From Acidobacteriota bacterium (lineage in GTDB: Bacteria; Actinomycetota; Acidimicrobiia; Acidimicrobiales; Ilumatobacteraceae), in assembly GCA_018969685.1 (NCBI GenBank), contig JAGWXX010000001.1:3223-67222 (forward strand): a stretch of 64,000 nucleotides of DNA. The letters are read 5' to 3'. Positions 54,030 to 64,000 of the stretch are shown piece after piece. How positions within the stretch are numbered: position 1 is the first letter of the stretch; each line of letters begins with the position of its first letter. The notes under the pieces were generated by a model, which searched no databases, had not been told where the DNA came from, and was given only the letters and a program-made list of their open reading frames with translations. The translations under genes were made by a program, and so were the position numbers.

Positions 54030-54105
54030 GGTCGGGTAGCTCAGTTGGCAGAGCACGCGCCTGAAAAGCGCGGGGTCACCGGATCGACGCCGGTCCCGAC
54101 CACCA
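54030..54105 (+). tRNA. tRNA-Phe (anticodon GAA), CCA encoded
   Basis: GGTCGGG/CCCGACC acceptor, TAGCTCAGTTGGCAGAGC D arm, anticodon loop CTGAAAA. 3' end ACCA present. Confidence 0.9.
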
Positions 54106-54108
54106 GTT

Positions 54109-54137
54109 CGTCCCGTGCCGTCGATCGTGCACGGACG
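54109..54137. terminator. Stem-loop between converging tRNA-Phe and tesB (possible bidirectional terminator)
   Basis: CGTCC(C)GTGC ... GCACGGACG, a 9-bp stem with a one-base bulge. No U-tract. Confidence 0.3.
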
Positions 54138-54161
54138 GGCGCACGGTCCGCCGCGTCGCGC

Positions 54162-54968
54162 TCAGCGGGTCTTGACGCGGACCAGCGTCTCCTGCGAGAT
54201 CGTGGCCACGTGCTCGCCCGACGACGCGAAGACGTAGCCGAGCGCGAGTCCGCGCGATCCCGCGTACGTCATCGCCGACATCTCGTGCCAGTGCCACTCG
54301 CCGGCGCGCACCGGACGGTGGAACCACACGGCGTGGTCGAGGCTCGCATTGATCAACCGGCCCGCCTCGGCCGCGGCGCCCAGCTCGGGGATGGAGTGGA
54401 TGACGCTCTCCGTCGGCAGGTCGTCCGACATGTAGGCGAGCGCGCAGCGGTTCAGCACGTCGTCGTCGAACTGGTCGACCGTCTGCATCCAGGCGCCGAT
54501 GCGACCGATGCCCCCACGGCGGCCCTGCTCGAGCAGGGACTGGGCGACGGTGCGTCGGCGGATGAAGGGCGTCCATGATCCGTCGTCGAGCCCGTCGGGA
54601 CCTGGCAGTCCGTCGGTGCACGCCGGCAGTGCGGCGCGCAGCGACGGCTCGGCGAGGTGGAACGACGACTCGAGCGTGAGGATCGCCTCGCCGCGCTGGC
54701 TCGCCACGACGCGGCGGGTCGTGAAGCTGCGTCCGTCGCGCGTGCGGTCGACGGCGTACTCGACGGGGAGCGACGGATCGCCCCGACGGATGAACGACGC
54801 GCGCAACGAGTGGCACGGCCGGTCCGCCTCGACCGTCGCCGCCGCGGCGCGCAGCGCCTGCGCGACGATGTGCCCGCCGTAGAGGCCGCCCCAGGGATAG
54901 GGCCACCCCGCGCCGACGAACCGGTCCCCGGAGCGCGCGTCGAGGTCGAACAGGTCGCGCAGCTGCAC
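54162..54968 (-). CDS. tesB: Acyl-CoA thioesterase II
   Basis: Double hot-dog: GGLYGGHIVAQAL, HSLRASFIRRGD, RDGRSFTTRRV, DHAVWFHRP motifs. Confidence 0.85.
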   Translation of the reverse strand: MQLRDLFDLDARSGDRFVGAGWPYPWGGLYGGHIVAQALRAAAATVEADRPCHSLRASFIRRGDPSLPVEYAVDRTRDGRSFTTRRVVASQRGEAILTLESSFHLAEPSLRAALPACTDGLPGPDGLDDGSWTPFIRRRTVAQSLLEQGRRGGIGRIGAWMQTVDQFDDDVLNRCALAYMSDDLPTESVIHSIPELGAAAEAGRLINASLDHAVWFHRPVRAGEWHWHEMSAMTYAGSRGLALGYVFASSGEHVATISQETLVRVKTR

Positions 54969-54983
54969 CCGACCGCCGACCGT

Positions 54984-55415
54984 TCAGCGCACGACGAGGA
55001 TCATCAGCACCTCGCCGGTGACGTGGCTCTCGACCTCGAACTCGCCCGCGGTCGACGCCTCGAATTCGAACACGGTGGGTTCCCCTGCCTCCACCTCGTC
55101 GCCGCCGAGGTCGTAGCCGTGCAGGTGCACCTCGTCGTCCTCGTCCTCGTTCGTCACCGTGATGCGCACGAGCGATCCGAGCGCCACCTCCTCGATGCGG
55201 TCGGGCCCCGAGTCGACGCCGACCTCCACGGAGATCTCGACCGCACCGTCCGACACGGTCGTGGCGGAACCATTGGAGGTGGCGTCGCCGCCGGACGCGG
55301 ACTCCGCCATCTCGGTCGCGTCGACGGCGGCCGGCGCGTCGGCGGAGCCGCCACCCGAACAGGCGGCGAGCGCACTCGCGGCGAGTGCGGCGGCGGCGAC
55401 GCGACGGGGGTTCAC
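54984..55415 (-). CDS. Cupredoxin-like lipoprotein (hypothetical)
   Basis: GTG 55415 (GTGA overlap with pyrE stop). Lipobox LAAC. Beta-rich domain with VHLHGYDL and ESHV His motifs. Confidence 0.55.
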   Translation of the reverse strand: MNPRRVAAAALAASALAACSGGGSADAPAAVDATEMAESASGGDATSNGSATTVSDGAVEISVEVGVDSGPDRIEEVALGSLVRITVTNEDEDDEVHLHGYDLGGDEVEAGEPTVFEFEASTAGEFEVESHVTGEVLMILVVR

Positions 55416-55984
55416 GTCCCGAAACCGTACCCAAGGTCGGGCGCCGTCAGCATGGCGACGAACTCCACGCCGGCCTCGCGCGCCATGGCGGCACACGTGC
55501 CGCCGCGGTCGACGATCGCCGTGGCGAGCACCGGCACCGCGCCGAACTCGCGCACCGCCTGCACCGCCTCCATGATCGACGTGCCCCGCGTCACCGTGTC
55601 CTCCACCACCGCGACGACGTCGCCGGGGCGCAGGGCTCCGGCGACGCGGCCGGTGATGCCGTGGGTCTTGGCCTCCTTGCGCACGCTGAACGAGCGCAGC
55701 GGGCGTCCGCGCACGGCCGCCACCGCCGCGACGCCGAACGCCACGGGGTCGGCGCCCATCGTCAGACCGCCGATCGCCGTCACCTCCGGGGGCAGGAGCG
55801 CGAGCGCCACGTCGGCCACCGCGAGGATCCCGTCGGGATCGCACGCGGTCTGCTTGGTGTCGAGGAACCAGTCGCTCGTGCGGCCGGACTTCAGCGTGAA
55901 CGTGCCGGTGCGCACCGAATGGGCGAGGACGTGGCGGCGGAGCGCCTCGCGGGCGGGGTCGAGCGGCGGCAGCGCCGCACTCAC
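55412..55984 (-). CDS. pyrE: Orotate phosphoribosyltransferase
   Basis: GTG 55984 (GTGA overlap with purB stop). FTLKSGRTSDWF and PRPP loop VVAVVEDTVTRGTS. Confidence 0.9.
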   Translation of the reverse strand: MSAALPPLDPAREALRRHVLAHSVRTGTFTLKSGRTSDWFLDTKQTACDPDGILAVADVALALLPPEVTAIGGLTMGADPVAFGVAAVAAVRGRPLRSFSVRKEAKTHGITGRVAGALRPGDVVAVVEDTVTRGTSIMEAVQAVREFGAVPVLATAIVDRGGTCAAMAREAGVEFVAMLTAPDLGYGFGT

Positions 55985-57285
55985 GCGAGGCCGTCCAGCG
56001 CGTCCACGGCGCGACGGGCGTGGCGAAGGGCCGCGGCCTGGTCGAAGCAGGCCTCGAGTTCGGCTGCGCCGAGCGGCATGCCCGCGGACGACTGCAGCAC
56101 GTCGCGCAGGTGCCGTCCCTCGGCCGTCGCTCGCGACGACGCGTCCTGCACCGTGCGGTACGCCTCGTCCCGCGGCAGCCCGGCGGCGACCAGCGCCAGC
56201 AGCACGGCCTGCGAGTGCGCGAGGCCGCGGCTCGACGCGATGGTCGCGGCCATGCGCGCCCCGTCCACCTCCAGCGACGCCACGAGGCGCGTCATCCGCA
56301 CCGTCGCGTAGTGCGCGAGGAGCGACGAGTCGGGCAGCACCACGCGCTCGACCGACGAGTGCGAGATGTCCCGCTCGTGCCACAGCGCGACGTTCTCCAT
56401 GCCCGCCTGCGCGTTGGCGCGCAGCAGGCGCGAGAGCCCGGTGAGCGTCTCGGCGGAGATCGGGTTGCGCTTGTGCGGCATCGCCGAGCTGCCCTTCTGG
56501 CCGGGCTTGAAGCCCTCGCGGACCTCGCCCACCTCGCTGCGCTGCAGGTGGCGCAGCTCGGTCGCGATCGCGCCGATCGTGGTGCCAAGACTGGCGCACG
56601 CCCAGAGGTACTCGGCGTGGCGGTCGCGGGCGACCACCTGGGTGGCGGGCACGGCGCGCAGGCCGAGGCGCGCCGCCACGACCTGCTCGACCCGCGGATC
56701 GACGTTCGAGTACGTGCCGACCGCGCCCGACAGCTTGCACACCGCCACCGACTCGCGCGCCGCGCGCAGGCGCACGCGGTCGCGGTCGACCTGCAGGGCC
56801 CACAGCGCGACCTTGGCGCCGAACGTCGTCAGTTCGGCGTGCATGCCGTGCGTGCGTCCCATCATCGGGGTGTCGGCGTGCCGGCGCGCGAGCGCGACGA
56901 GCCCGTCCACCAGTCCGTCCGCTGCGTCGAGGATCAGCTCGGCGGCGTCGCGCAGCATCGAGCACCACGCCGTGTCGACGACGTCGGAGCTGGTGAGCCC
57001 GTGGTGCAGCCACGCGCCGTCGGGCATGCCGATGGCGGCCTGCGCGACGTCGACGAAGGCCGCCACGTCGTGGTCGGTGGTGCGCTCGCGCTCCGCGACG
57101 GCGGCGACGAACGCCGCATCCACCCGTGGCGCCCTCGCGCGGCACGCGGCCGCGGCCGCGGCGGGAACCGCGCCGATCTCCGCCTGCGCCTCGGTGGCGC
57201 ACAGCTCGATCTCGAGGTAGCGGGCGAAGCGCGCCTCGTCCGTGAACACCGCCGCCATCTCGGGCAGCGAGTAGCGCGCGATCAT
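55981..57285 (-). CDS. purB: Adenylosuccinate lyase
   Basis: ATG 57285 (ATGA overlap with purA stop). TSSDVVDT, GRTHGMHA, signature GSSAMPHKRNP. Confidence 0.95.
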   Translation of the reverse strand: MIARYSLPEMAAVFTDEARFARYLEIELCATEAQAEIGAVPAAAAAACRARAPRVDAAFVAAVAERERTTDHDVAAFVDVAQAAIGMPDGAWLHHGLTSSDVVDTAWCSMLRDAAELILDAADGLVDGLVALARRHADTPMMGRTHGMHAELTTFGAKVALWALQVDRDRVRLRAARESVAVCKLSGAVGTYSNVDPRVEQVVAARLGLRAVPATQVVARDRHAEYLWACASLGTTIGAIATELRHLQRSEVGEVREGFKPGQKGSSAMPHKRNPISAETLTGLSRLLRANAQAGMENVALWHERDISHSSVERVVLPDSSLLAHYATVRMTRLVASLEVDGARMAATIASSRGLAHSQAVLLALVAAGLPRDEAYRTVQDASSRATAEGRHLRDVLQSSAGMPLGAAELEACFDQAAALRHARRAVDALDGLA

Positions 57286-58553
57286 CCGCGCACCACGCAA
57301 TCGGTGCGGTCGGGACCGGTGCCCACCATCGTCACCGGCACGCCCGTCTCCGACTCGACGAGGTGGATCAGCTCGCGCGCACCGTCCGGCAGGTCTGCGT
57401 CCGTGCGGCAGCCGCGCAAGGGGCCCGCCCAGCCCCCCAGGTCGCGGTACACGGGCTCGACGCGCGCGAGCAGCGCTGCGTCGTCCGGGAATCCGCGAAG
57501 CGGGGCCCCGTCCAGGCGGTACCCGGTGCACACGCGCACGGGCGACGTGCCGTCGAGCACGTCGAGCTTCGTCAGCGCGATCTCGGTCAGCGAGTTGACG
57601 CGCACCGCGTGCCGCAGCATCACGAGGTCGAGCCAGCCCGGCCGCCTGCGGCGCCCGGTGACGGTGCCGAACTCGCGGCCCACCTCGACGATCCGGTCGC
57701 CGACCTCGCCCGTCACCTCGGTGGGAAACGGACCCGCACCGACGCGGGTGGCGTACGCCTTCGCGACGCCGATGACGCGGCCGATCTGCCGCGGACCGAT
57801 GCCCGTGCCCGTGCACGCGCCGCCCGCGGTCGGGTTCGACGACGTCACGAACGGATACGTGCCGTGGTCGAGGTCGAGGAACGTCGCCTGCGCCCCCTCC
57901 AGCAGGATCGACTCGCCCGCCTCGATGGCGTCGTGCAGGAGGTTGACCGTGTCGGCGACGAGCGGGGCGAGCCGCGCGCCGAGCGCGACCTGCTCGCGGA
58001 CCGCCGCATCGACGTCGAACCCCTCGTCGCCCCGCAGGCGCAGCGCCGCGTCGGCCGCAGCCGCGCGCACCCGCACCTCGGCGGCGAACGCCGCCGCGTC
58101 GCGCACCGTGCCGGCGCGGATGCCGGTGCGCATCGCCTTGTCGGCGTACGCCGGGCCGATGCCCTTCAGGGTCGTGCCGATCTTCGCGTCGCCCCGCGAG
58201 GCCTCCTCGAGTGCGTCGATGCGCTGGTGCCACGGGAGGATCAGGTGGGCGAGGCTCGACACCCGCAGCCGGGCGCACGAGACCCCGCGCGACTCGAGCG
58301 CGTCCACCTCGGCGAACAGCGTCGGCAGGTCGACGACGACCCCGTTGCCGATGACGGGCGCGACGTGTCCGTAGAGCACTCCGCTCGGCACGAGCTGCAG
58401 CGCGTAGCGCTCGCCGTCCACCACCACCGTGTGGCCGGCGTTGTGGCCGCCCTGGTAGCGCACCACCATCGAGTGCCGCTCGGCGAGCAGGTCGATGACC
58501 TTCGCCTTGCCTTCGTCGCCCCACTGGGCGCCTACCACCACTGCGACGGGCAT
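57282..58553 (-). CDS. purA: Adenylosuccinate synthetase
   Basis: ATG 58553. VVGAQWGDEGKAKVID, GGHNAGHT, GTTLKGIGPAY, FGTVTGRRRR motifs. Confidence 0.95.
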   Translation of the reverse strand: MPVAVVVGAQWGDEGKAKVIDLLAERHSMVVRYQGGHNAGHTVVVDGERYALQLVPSGVLYGHVAPVIGNGVVVDLPTLFAEVDALESRGVSCARLRVSSLAHLILPWHQRIDALEEASRGDAKIGTTLKGIGPAYADKAMRTGIRAGTVRDAAAFAAEVRVRAAAADAALRLRGDEGFDVDAAVREQVALGARLAPLVADTVNLLHDAIEAGESILLEGAQATFLDLDHGTYPFVTSSNPTAGGACTGTGIGPRQIGRVIGVAKAYATRVGAGPFPTEVTGEVGDRIVEVGREFGTVTGRRRRPGWLDLVMLRHAVRVNSLTEIALTKLDVLDGTSPVRVCTGYRLDGAPLRGFPDDAALLARVEPVYRDLGGWAGPLRGCRTDADLPDGARELIHLVESETGVPVTMVGTGPDRTDCVVRG

Positions 58554-58609
58554 GCCACGCTCCTGCGGATCGTCGGAACGTGACGTGAGCCTATCTGCGC
58601 GACTGCGCG

Positions 58610-61111
58610 CTAGGTCCGGAGTCCCTCCGCGACGCCCACGACGAACTCGTCGCCGGACACGTCCACGAGGATCGAATCGCCGTCCTGTGCGCGCCCCTCG
58701 AGGATGAGCATCGCCGCGGGATCCGCGATCGCCCGCTGGATCAGGCGCTTCAAGGGGCGCGCGCCGAACTGCGCGTCGTAGCCGCGCCCGGCGAGCAGCA
58801 CCCTCGCGGCCGGCGTCACGGCGAGCACGATGCCGCGCCCCGCGGTGCGCTCGATGAGGCGCGCCAGCTGGATCTCGACGATCGCGCCGAGGTCGTCCGG
58901 CGAGAGCTGCCCGAAGCGCACGATCTCGTCGATGCGGTTGACGAACTCGGGCTTGAAGTACTCGACCGGCTCGACCGGCAGGTTGCTGGTCATGATCAGG
59001 ACCGCGTTGGTGAAGTCGACGGTGCGGCCCTGCCCGTCGGTCAGACGGCCGTCGTCGAGCACCTGCAGCAGCACGTTGAACACCTCGGGGTGCGCCTTCT
59101 CGATCTCGTCCAGCAGCACCACGCAGTACGGCCGCCGGCGCACCGCCTCGGTGAGCTGGCCGCCCTCGTCGTAGCCGACGTAGCCCGGTGGCGCGCCGAT
59201 GAGCCGGCTCACCGCGTGCTTCTCCATGTACTCGGCCATGTCGATGCGCACCATCGCGCGCTCGTCGTCGAACAGGAACTCGGCGAGCGCCCGCGCGAGC
59301 TCGGTCTTGCCGACGCCGGTGGGTCCGAGGAACATGAACGAGCCGATCGGCCGGTTCGGGTCCGACAGGCCGGCGCGGCTGCGGCGGATCGCGTTGGCCA
59401 CCGCCGTCACCGCCTCGTCCTGCCCGATGACGCGCTGGTGCAGCAGCTCCTCGAGGTGCACCAGCTTGTGCATCTCGCCCTCCATCAGGCGGCTCACCGG
59501 CACGCCGGTCCACTTCGACACCACCTCGGCGATGTCCTCGGCGTCGACCTCCTCCTTCAGCATCCGCACGCTGGACTGCAGCGCGTCGAGGTGCTCGGTC
59601 GCGACCGCGATCCGCCGCTCGACCTCGGGGATGCGCCCGTACCGGATCTCGGCCGCCTTCTCGAGGTCGGACTCGCGCTCCACCTGCGCGCGCAGGGACT
59701 CGAGCTCCTCCTTGAGCGAGCGGATCGCACCGATCGCCTGCCGCTCGGACTCCCAGTGCTCCTTCATGCGCGCGGAGCGCCCGCGCAGCTCGCCGAGCTC
59801 GTCGTTCAGCGCCTCGAGGCGCTGCGCCGACGCGGCGTCGCTCTCCTTCTCGAGCGCGACGCGCTCGATCTCGAGCTGCAGGATGCGCCGCTCAACGACG
59901 TCGATCTCGGTGGGCATCGAGTCGATCTCGATGCGCAGGCGGCTCGCCGCCTCGTCGACGAGGTCGATCGCCTTGTCCGGGAGGAACCGGCTGGTCAGGT
60001 AGCGGTTCGACAGCACCGCCGCGCTCACGAGCGCGCTGTCCTGTATGCGCACCCCGTGGTGCACCTCGTAGCGCTCCGCGAGCCCGCGGAGGATGGCGAT
60101 CGTGTCCTCGACGCTCGGCTCGCCGACGTACACCTGCTGGAAGCGGCGCTCGAGCGCCGGGTCCTTCTCGACGTGCGTGCGGTACTCGTCCAGCGTCGTG
60201 GCGCCGATCATGCGCAGCTCGCCGCGGGCGAGCAGCGGCTTGATCATGTTGCCGGCGTCCATCGCACCCTCGGCGCCGCCGGCTCCGACCAGCGTGTGCA
60301 CCTCGTCGACGAAGGTGACCACCTCGCCCTGCGAGTCGAGGATCTCCTTCAGCACCGCCTTCAGGCGCTCCTCGAACTCGCCGCGGTACTTCGCACCGGC
60401 GAGCATCGCGCCGAGGTCGAGCGAGATGAGCCGCTTGTTGCGCAGCCCCTCGGGGACGTCGCCGGCCGCGATGCGCCGCGCGAGCCCCTCCACGATCGCC
60501 GTCTTGCCCACGCCCGGCTCGCCGATGAGCACGGGGTTGTTCTTCGTGCGCCGCGACAGCACCTGGATGACGCGCCGGATCTCGTCGTCGCGGCCGATCA
60601 CCGGGTCGATCCTCCCCTCGCGTGCGCGCGCAGTGAGGTCCTGCCCGTACTTCTCGAGCGCCTGGAACTGGTCCTCGGGGTTCTGGCTCGTCACGCGGTG
60701 CGAACCCCGCACGTCGCGCAGGCCCTTGAGCATCTCGTCGCGCGCGACGCCCGTCGCATCGGCCATCGCGAGCAGGAGGTGCTCGACCGAGACGTACTCG
60801 TCGCGGAGCTCTGCGCGGATCGCGTCCGCGTCGGCGAACGTCCTCGCCGCGTCGCGGCTGAACCTCGGCTCCGAGCCGCCCTGCGCGCGGGGCAGCCGCC
60901 CCACCTCTGCGTCCACGCGGTCGCGGACGCCGGCCGCCGCGACTCCCAGCTTCGCAAGCAGGGCCGGCACCGCCGTGTCCGGCTGGCGCAGCAGCGCCGC
61001 CATGAGGTGCGCGGGCGTCACCTCGGGGTTGCCGTGCTCGACGGCCGACTGCAGCGCCGCACCCACGGCCTCGCCCACCTTGATCGTCCACTTCTTCGGA
61101 TCCAGCGTCAC
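58610..61111 (-). CDS. clpB: Chaperone disaggregase ClpB
   Basis: GTG 61111 with GGGAGGAGG SD (GTGA overlap with hspR stop). Two AAA+ modules ([27 protein letters not shown]) and a middle coiled coil. Confidence 0.95.
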   Translation of the reverse strand: MTLDPKKWTIKVGEAVGAALQSAVEHGNPEVTPAHLMAALLRQPDTAVPALLAKLGVAAAGVRDRVDAEVGRLPRAQGGSEPRFSRDAARTFADADAIRAELRDEYVSVEHLLLAMADATGVARDEMLKGLRDVRGSHRVTSQNPEDQFQALEKYGQDLTARAREGRIDPVIGRDDEIRRVIQVLSRRTKNNPVLIGEPGVGKTAIVEGLARRIAAGDVPEGLRNKRLISLDLGAMLAGAKYRGEFEERLKAVLKEILDSQGEVVTFVDEVHTLVGAGGAEGAMDAGNMIKPLLARGELRMIGATTLDEYRTHVEKDPALERRFQQVYVGEPSVEDTIAILRGLAERYEVHHGVRIQDSALVSAAVLSNRYLTSRFLPDKAIDLVDEAASRLRIEIDSMPTEIDVVERRILQLEIERVALEKESDAASAQRLEALNDELGELRGRSARMKEHWESERQAIGAIRSLKEELESLRAQVERESDLEKAAEIRYGRIPEVERRIAVATEHLDALQSSVRMLKEEVDAEDIAEVVSKWTGVPVSRLMEGEMHKLVHLEELLHQRVIGQDEAVTAVANAIRRSRAGLSDPNRPIGSFMFLGPTGVGKTELARALAEFLFDDERAMVRIDMAEYMEKHAVSRLIGAPPGYVGYDEGGQLTEAVRRRPYCVVLLDEIEKAHPEVFNVLLQVLDDGRLTDGQGRTVDFTNAVLIMTSNLPVEPVEYFKPEFVNRIDEIVRFGQLSPDDLGAIVEIQLARLIERTAGRGIVLAVTPAARVLLAGRGYDAQFGARPLKRLIQRAIADPAAMLILEGRAQDGDSILVDVSGDEFVVGVAEGLRT

Positions 61112-61494
61112 CGTTCCTCCTCCCGCCTCGTTCCGAGCCTCCTGCCGATCAGCGTGGCGGCGTGTCCGAAGGGCACGATCTCCCTTCGGTTGCGCGCACG
61201 CTCCTCCTGCAGGGCCGCCGCGAGTTGGTCGACCATCTCCCGCAGCCGCGCCACCTCGGCCTCGAGTTCGAGCACGTGGCGGATGCCGTCGATGCTGACG
61301 CCGGCCCCCGCCAGCTCGGCGATCCGCTGCAGCCTGCGGATGTCGGCGTCGCTGTAGCGACGGTTGCCGCCCGAGGTGCGCGCAGGGCGCAGCAGGCCCC
61401 TGCGCTCGTAGATGCGCAGCGTCTGCGGGTGCACGCCCGCGAGCTCGGCCGCGACCGAGATGACGTACACCGCGTGCGTGTCGCGCCCGTTCAC
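61108..61494 (-). CDS. hspR: MerR-family heat-shock repressor HspR
   Basis: GTG 61494 (GTGA overlap with dnaJ stop). [26 protein letters not shown]...GGNRRYS HTH. Confidence 0.85.
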   Translation of the reverse strand: MNGRDTHAVYVISVAAELAGVHPQTLRIYERRGLLRPARTSGGNRRYSDADIRRLQRIAELAGAGVSIDGIRHVLELEAEVARLREMVDQLAAALQEERARNRREIVPFGHAATLIGRRLGTRREEER

Positions 61495-62549
61495 CCGCGG
61501 TCCTCCACCTCGGCGAGCCGCTCCAGCGCCTCGCGCTGCGCGTCGGACAGCGTCGCCGGCACCGCGATCTCCACCGTGACGATGAGGTCGCCGGCACCGC
61601 CCTTCGCCGCGATGCCGCGTCCCTTCACCCGGTGGCGCGACCCGGACTGCGTGCCGGGACGCAGTCGCAGCATCACTGGGTCGCCCTGCAACGTCGGCAC
61701 CGGGATGTCGGCGCCCAGCGCTGCCGACGTGTACCGCACCGGCACGGAGACGAGCAGGTTGGCACCGTCACGGCCGAACACCGGGTGCGGCACCACGCGG
61801 CACTCGACCAACAGGTCGCCCGCCGGTCCGCCGTTGCGTCCGGGCGTTCCGCGTCCCTTCAACCTGATGCGCTGCCCGTCCAGCACGCCGGCGGGGATGC
61901 GCACCTTCACCTCGCGCGGCCGGCGCTCGGTGCCGCTGCCGCGGCACGTCGAGCACGGGTACTCGATCACCGCGCCCCGCCCGCCGCAGCGCGGGCACGG
62001 GCTGGAGAACGCGAACGGCCCCTGGTTCTCCTCGACGACGCCGCGCCCGTAGCACTGGGGGCACTGATGGGGCGTCGTCCCGGGCCGCGCACCGGAGCCC
62101 GAGCAGCCCGAGCACGTCGAGTCGGCCGTGAGGTGCAGCGACGTCTCGACGCCCGTCACGGCCTCCTCGAACTGCAGCGTCAGCGCCGCCTCGATGTCCC
62201 CGCCCCGCCGCGGACCCGCGCCGCTGCGCCGCTGCGCGCCGCCGAACATCTGGCTGAAGAGGTCGCCCAGCCCGCCGGCGTCGGCGCCGTCGAAGTTGAA
62301 CGACCCGCCGCGTGGCCCGCCGCTGCTGCGCACCTCGTCGTACTCCTTGCGGCGCGCCTCGTCGCCGAGCACGTCGTACGCCGCCGACACCTCCTTGAAG
62401 CGCTCCTCGGCCGCGGCGTTGTTCGGGTTCGCGTCCGGGTGGTACTGGCGCGCGAGCTTGCGGTACGCGCGCACGATGTCCTTCTGCGGGGCGTCCTTCG
62501 CCACGCCGAGCACCGCGTAGTAGTCCTTGCTGAACCACTCGCGCTGCAC
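61491..62549 (-). CDS. dnaJ: Co-chaperone DnaJ
   Basis: J domain DYYAVLGV...YHPD, G-rich linker, four CxxCxGxG zinc motifs. Confidence 0.95.
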   Translation of the reverse strand: MQREWFSKDYYAVLGVAKDAPQKDIVRAYRKLARQYHPDANPNNAAAEERFKEVSAAYDVLGDEARRKEYDEVRSSGGPRGGSFNFDGADAGGLGDLFSQMFGGAQRRSGAGPRRGGDIEAALTLQFEEAVTGVETSLHLTADSTCSGCSGSGARPGTTPHQCPQCYGRGVVEENQGPFAFSSPCPRCGGRGAVIEYPCSTCRGSGTERRPREVKVRIPAGVLDGQRIRLKGRGTPGRNGGPAGDLLVECRVVPHPVFGRDGANLLVSVPVRYTSAALGADIPVPTLQGDPVMLRLRPGTQSGSRHRVKGRGIAAKGGAGDLIVTVEIAVPATLSDAQREALERLAEVEDRG

Positions 62550-62552
62550 GGA

Positions 62553-63101
62553 TCAGCCCTCCACCCGCACCATCGCCGCGCGGAGGACGCGACCCTTCCA
62601 GCGCCAGCCCGTGCGCAGCACCTCCGCCACGACGGGACCACCGTCGCTGCCGCCGTCGCCCGGCTCGTGCACGACCGCCTCGGCAACCGCCGGGTCGTAC
62701 GGCTGCCCCGCGACCTCCAACCGCTCGAGGCCCTGCTTCTGCAGCGCGTCGAGCAGGGGGGTCCACACGGCGTCGACACCGGTCACGCCGTGCGCCAGCG
62801 CGGCCTCGCACGCGTCGAGCACCGGCAGCAGCTGCTCGACGATGCGGCCCGCCGCACGGTCGGCCTCGTCGGCCGCCTGCCCGGCGGCGCGCTTGCGGTA
62901 GTTCTCGAAGTCGGCCTGCAGCCGGACGGCGGCGTCGCGCCACTGGTCCCGCTCGGCGCGCAGCACCTCGACGTCCTCGTCGGACGACGCGACGCCCGGC
63001 TCTCCCGTGGCGCCGGTCGCCCCGCGCTCTCCGCCGTCCGTCGTGGACGCCGCGTCGACCGACGCGTCGTTCCGTCCCGGCTCCGTGGTGTCGTCGCTCA
63101 T
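62553..63101 (-). CDS. grpE: Nucleotide exchange factor GrpE
   Basis: ATG 63101. LQADFENYRKR, LPVLDA, FDPxxH-like YDPAVAEAV, GWRWKGRVLRAAMV. Confidence 0.9.
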   Translation of the reverse strand: MSDDTTEPGRNDASVDAASTTDGGERGATGATGEPGVASSDEDVEVLRAERDQWRDAAVRLQADFENYRKRAAGQAADEADRAAGRIVEQLLPVLDACEAALAHGVTGVDAVWTPLLDALQKQGLERLEVAGQPYDPAVAEAVVHEPGDGGSDGGPVVAEVLRTGWRWKGRVLRAAMVRVEG

Positions 63102-63111
63102 CGGCGTCGCG

Positions 63112-64000
<889 letters not shown>

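Noticed and set aside
53825-54105. The tRNA cluster as an integration hotspot for the neighbouring accessory DNA.
   Set aside because: There is no integrase nearby, and I noticed no duplicated tRNA 3' segment. Glu-Asp-Phe is a conserved actinobacterial tRNA arrangement flanked by housekeeping genes.
58554-58609. HspR operator (HAIR) or a strong terminator between clpB and purA.
   Set aside because: Only a 5-bp GCGCG/CGCGC hairpin is present, and there is no CTTGAGT-N7-ACTCAAG-like repeat. That is insufficient to call either element.

Overview
High-GC (roughly 70% or more by eye, not computed) chromosomal segment with typical actinobacterial synteny: clpS-DUF2017, a Glu-Asp-Phe tRNA cluster, dnaK-grpE-dnaJ-hspR and Rv3654c-type Tad genes. 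I call 71 protein-coding genes (two truncated by the window edges), 3 tRNAs and a few candidate regulatory elements. I saw no rRNA, CRISPR array, transposase, integrase or recognisable defence or toxin-antitoxin genes. Layout: (i) 1-24084, one co-directional, mostly translationally coupled plus-strand glycan-biosynthesis supra-operon of 25 genes. It holds a legionaminic-acid-type nonulosonic acid core with an acetamidino trio, a sulfotransferase-like gene and three unassigned transferase-like proteins. It also holds a dehydrogenase/aldolase/oxidoreductase/phosphatase/lactonase module, a CDP-6-deoxyhexose branch, a GT2, a DegT-like gene, a tandem FemAB-like fusion and a Wzy-like membrane protein. 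(ii) 24055-30481, minus strand, a Tad/Flp pilus operon ending in a membrane-anchored SARP/BTAD regulator. (iii) 30.6-43.7 kb, housekeeping genes (map, coaA, dut, orn, tlpA-ccdA, pdxH, serS, an ABC-2 transporter and others). (iv) 43698-52881, minus strand, a Bacillus-type caa3 oxidase operon (ctaB...ctaCDEFG). Three extra genes inserted between ctaB and ctaC look like redox-dead paralogues of oxidase subunits I, III and II/IV. I consider this the most novel item in the window. (v) 52.9-64 kb, clpS, tRNAs, tesB, a coupled purA-purB-pyrE-lipoprotein unit and dnaK-grpE-dnaJ-hspR-clpB. Start codons were chosen by eye from frame, overlaps, SD sequences or -10 hexamers and may be off by a few codons. 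Family assignments rest on motifs I recognise in the translations, not on database searches.
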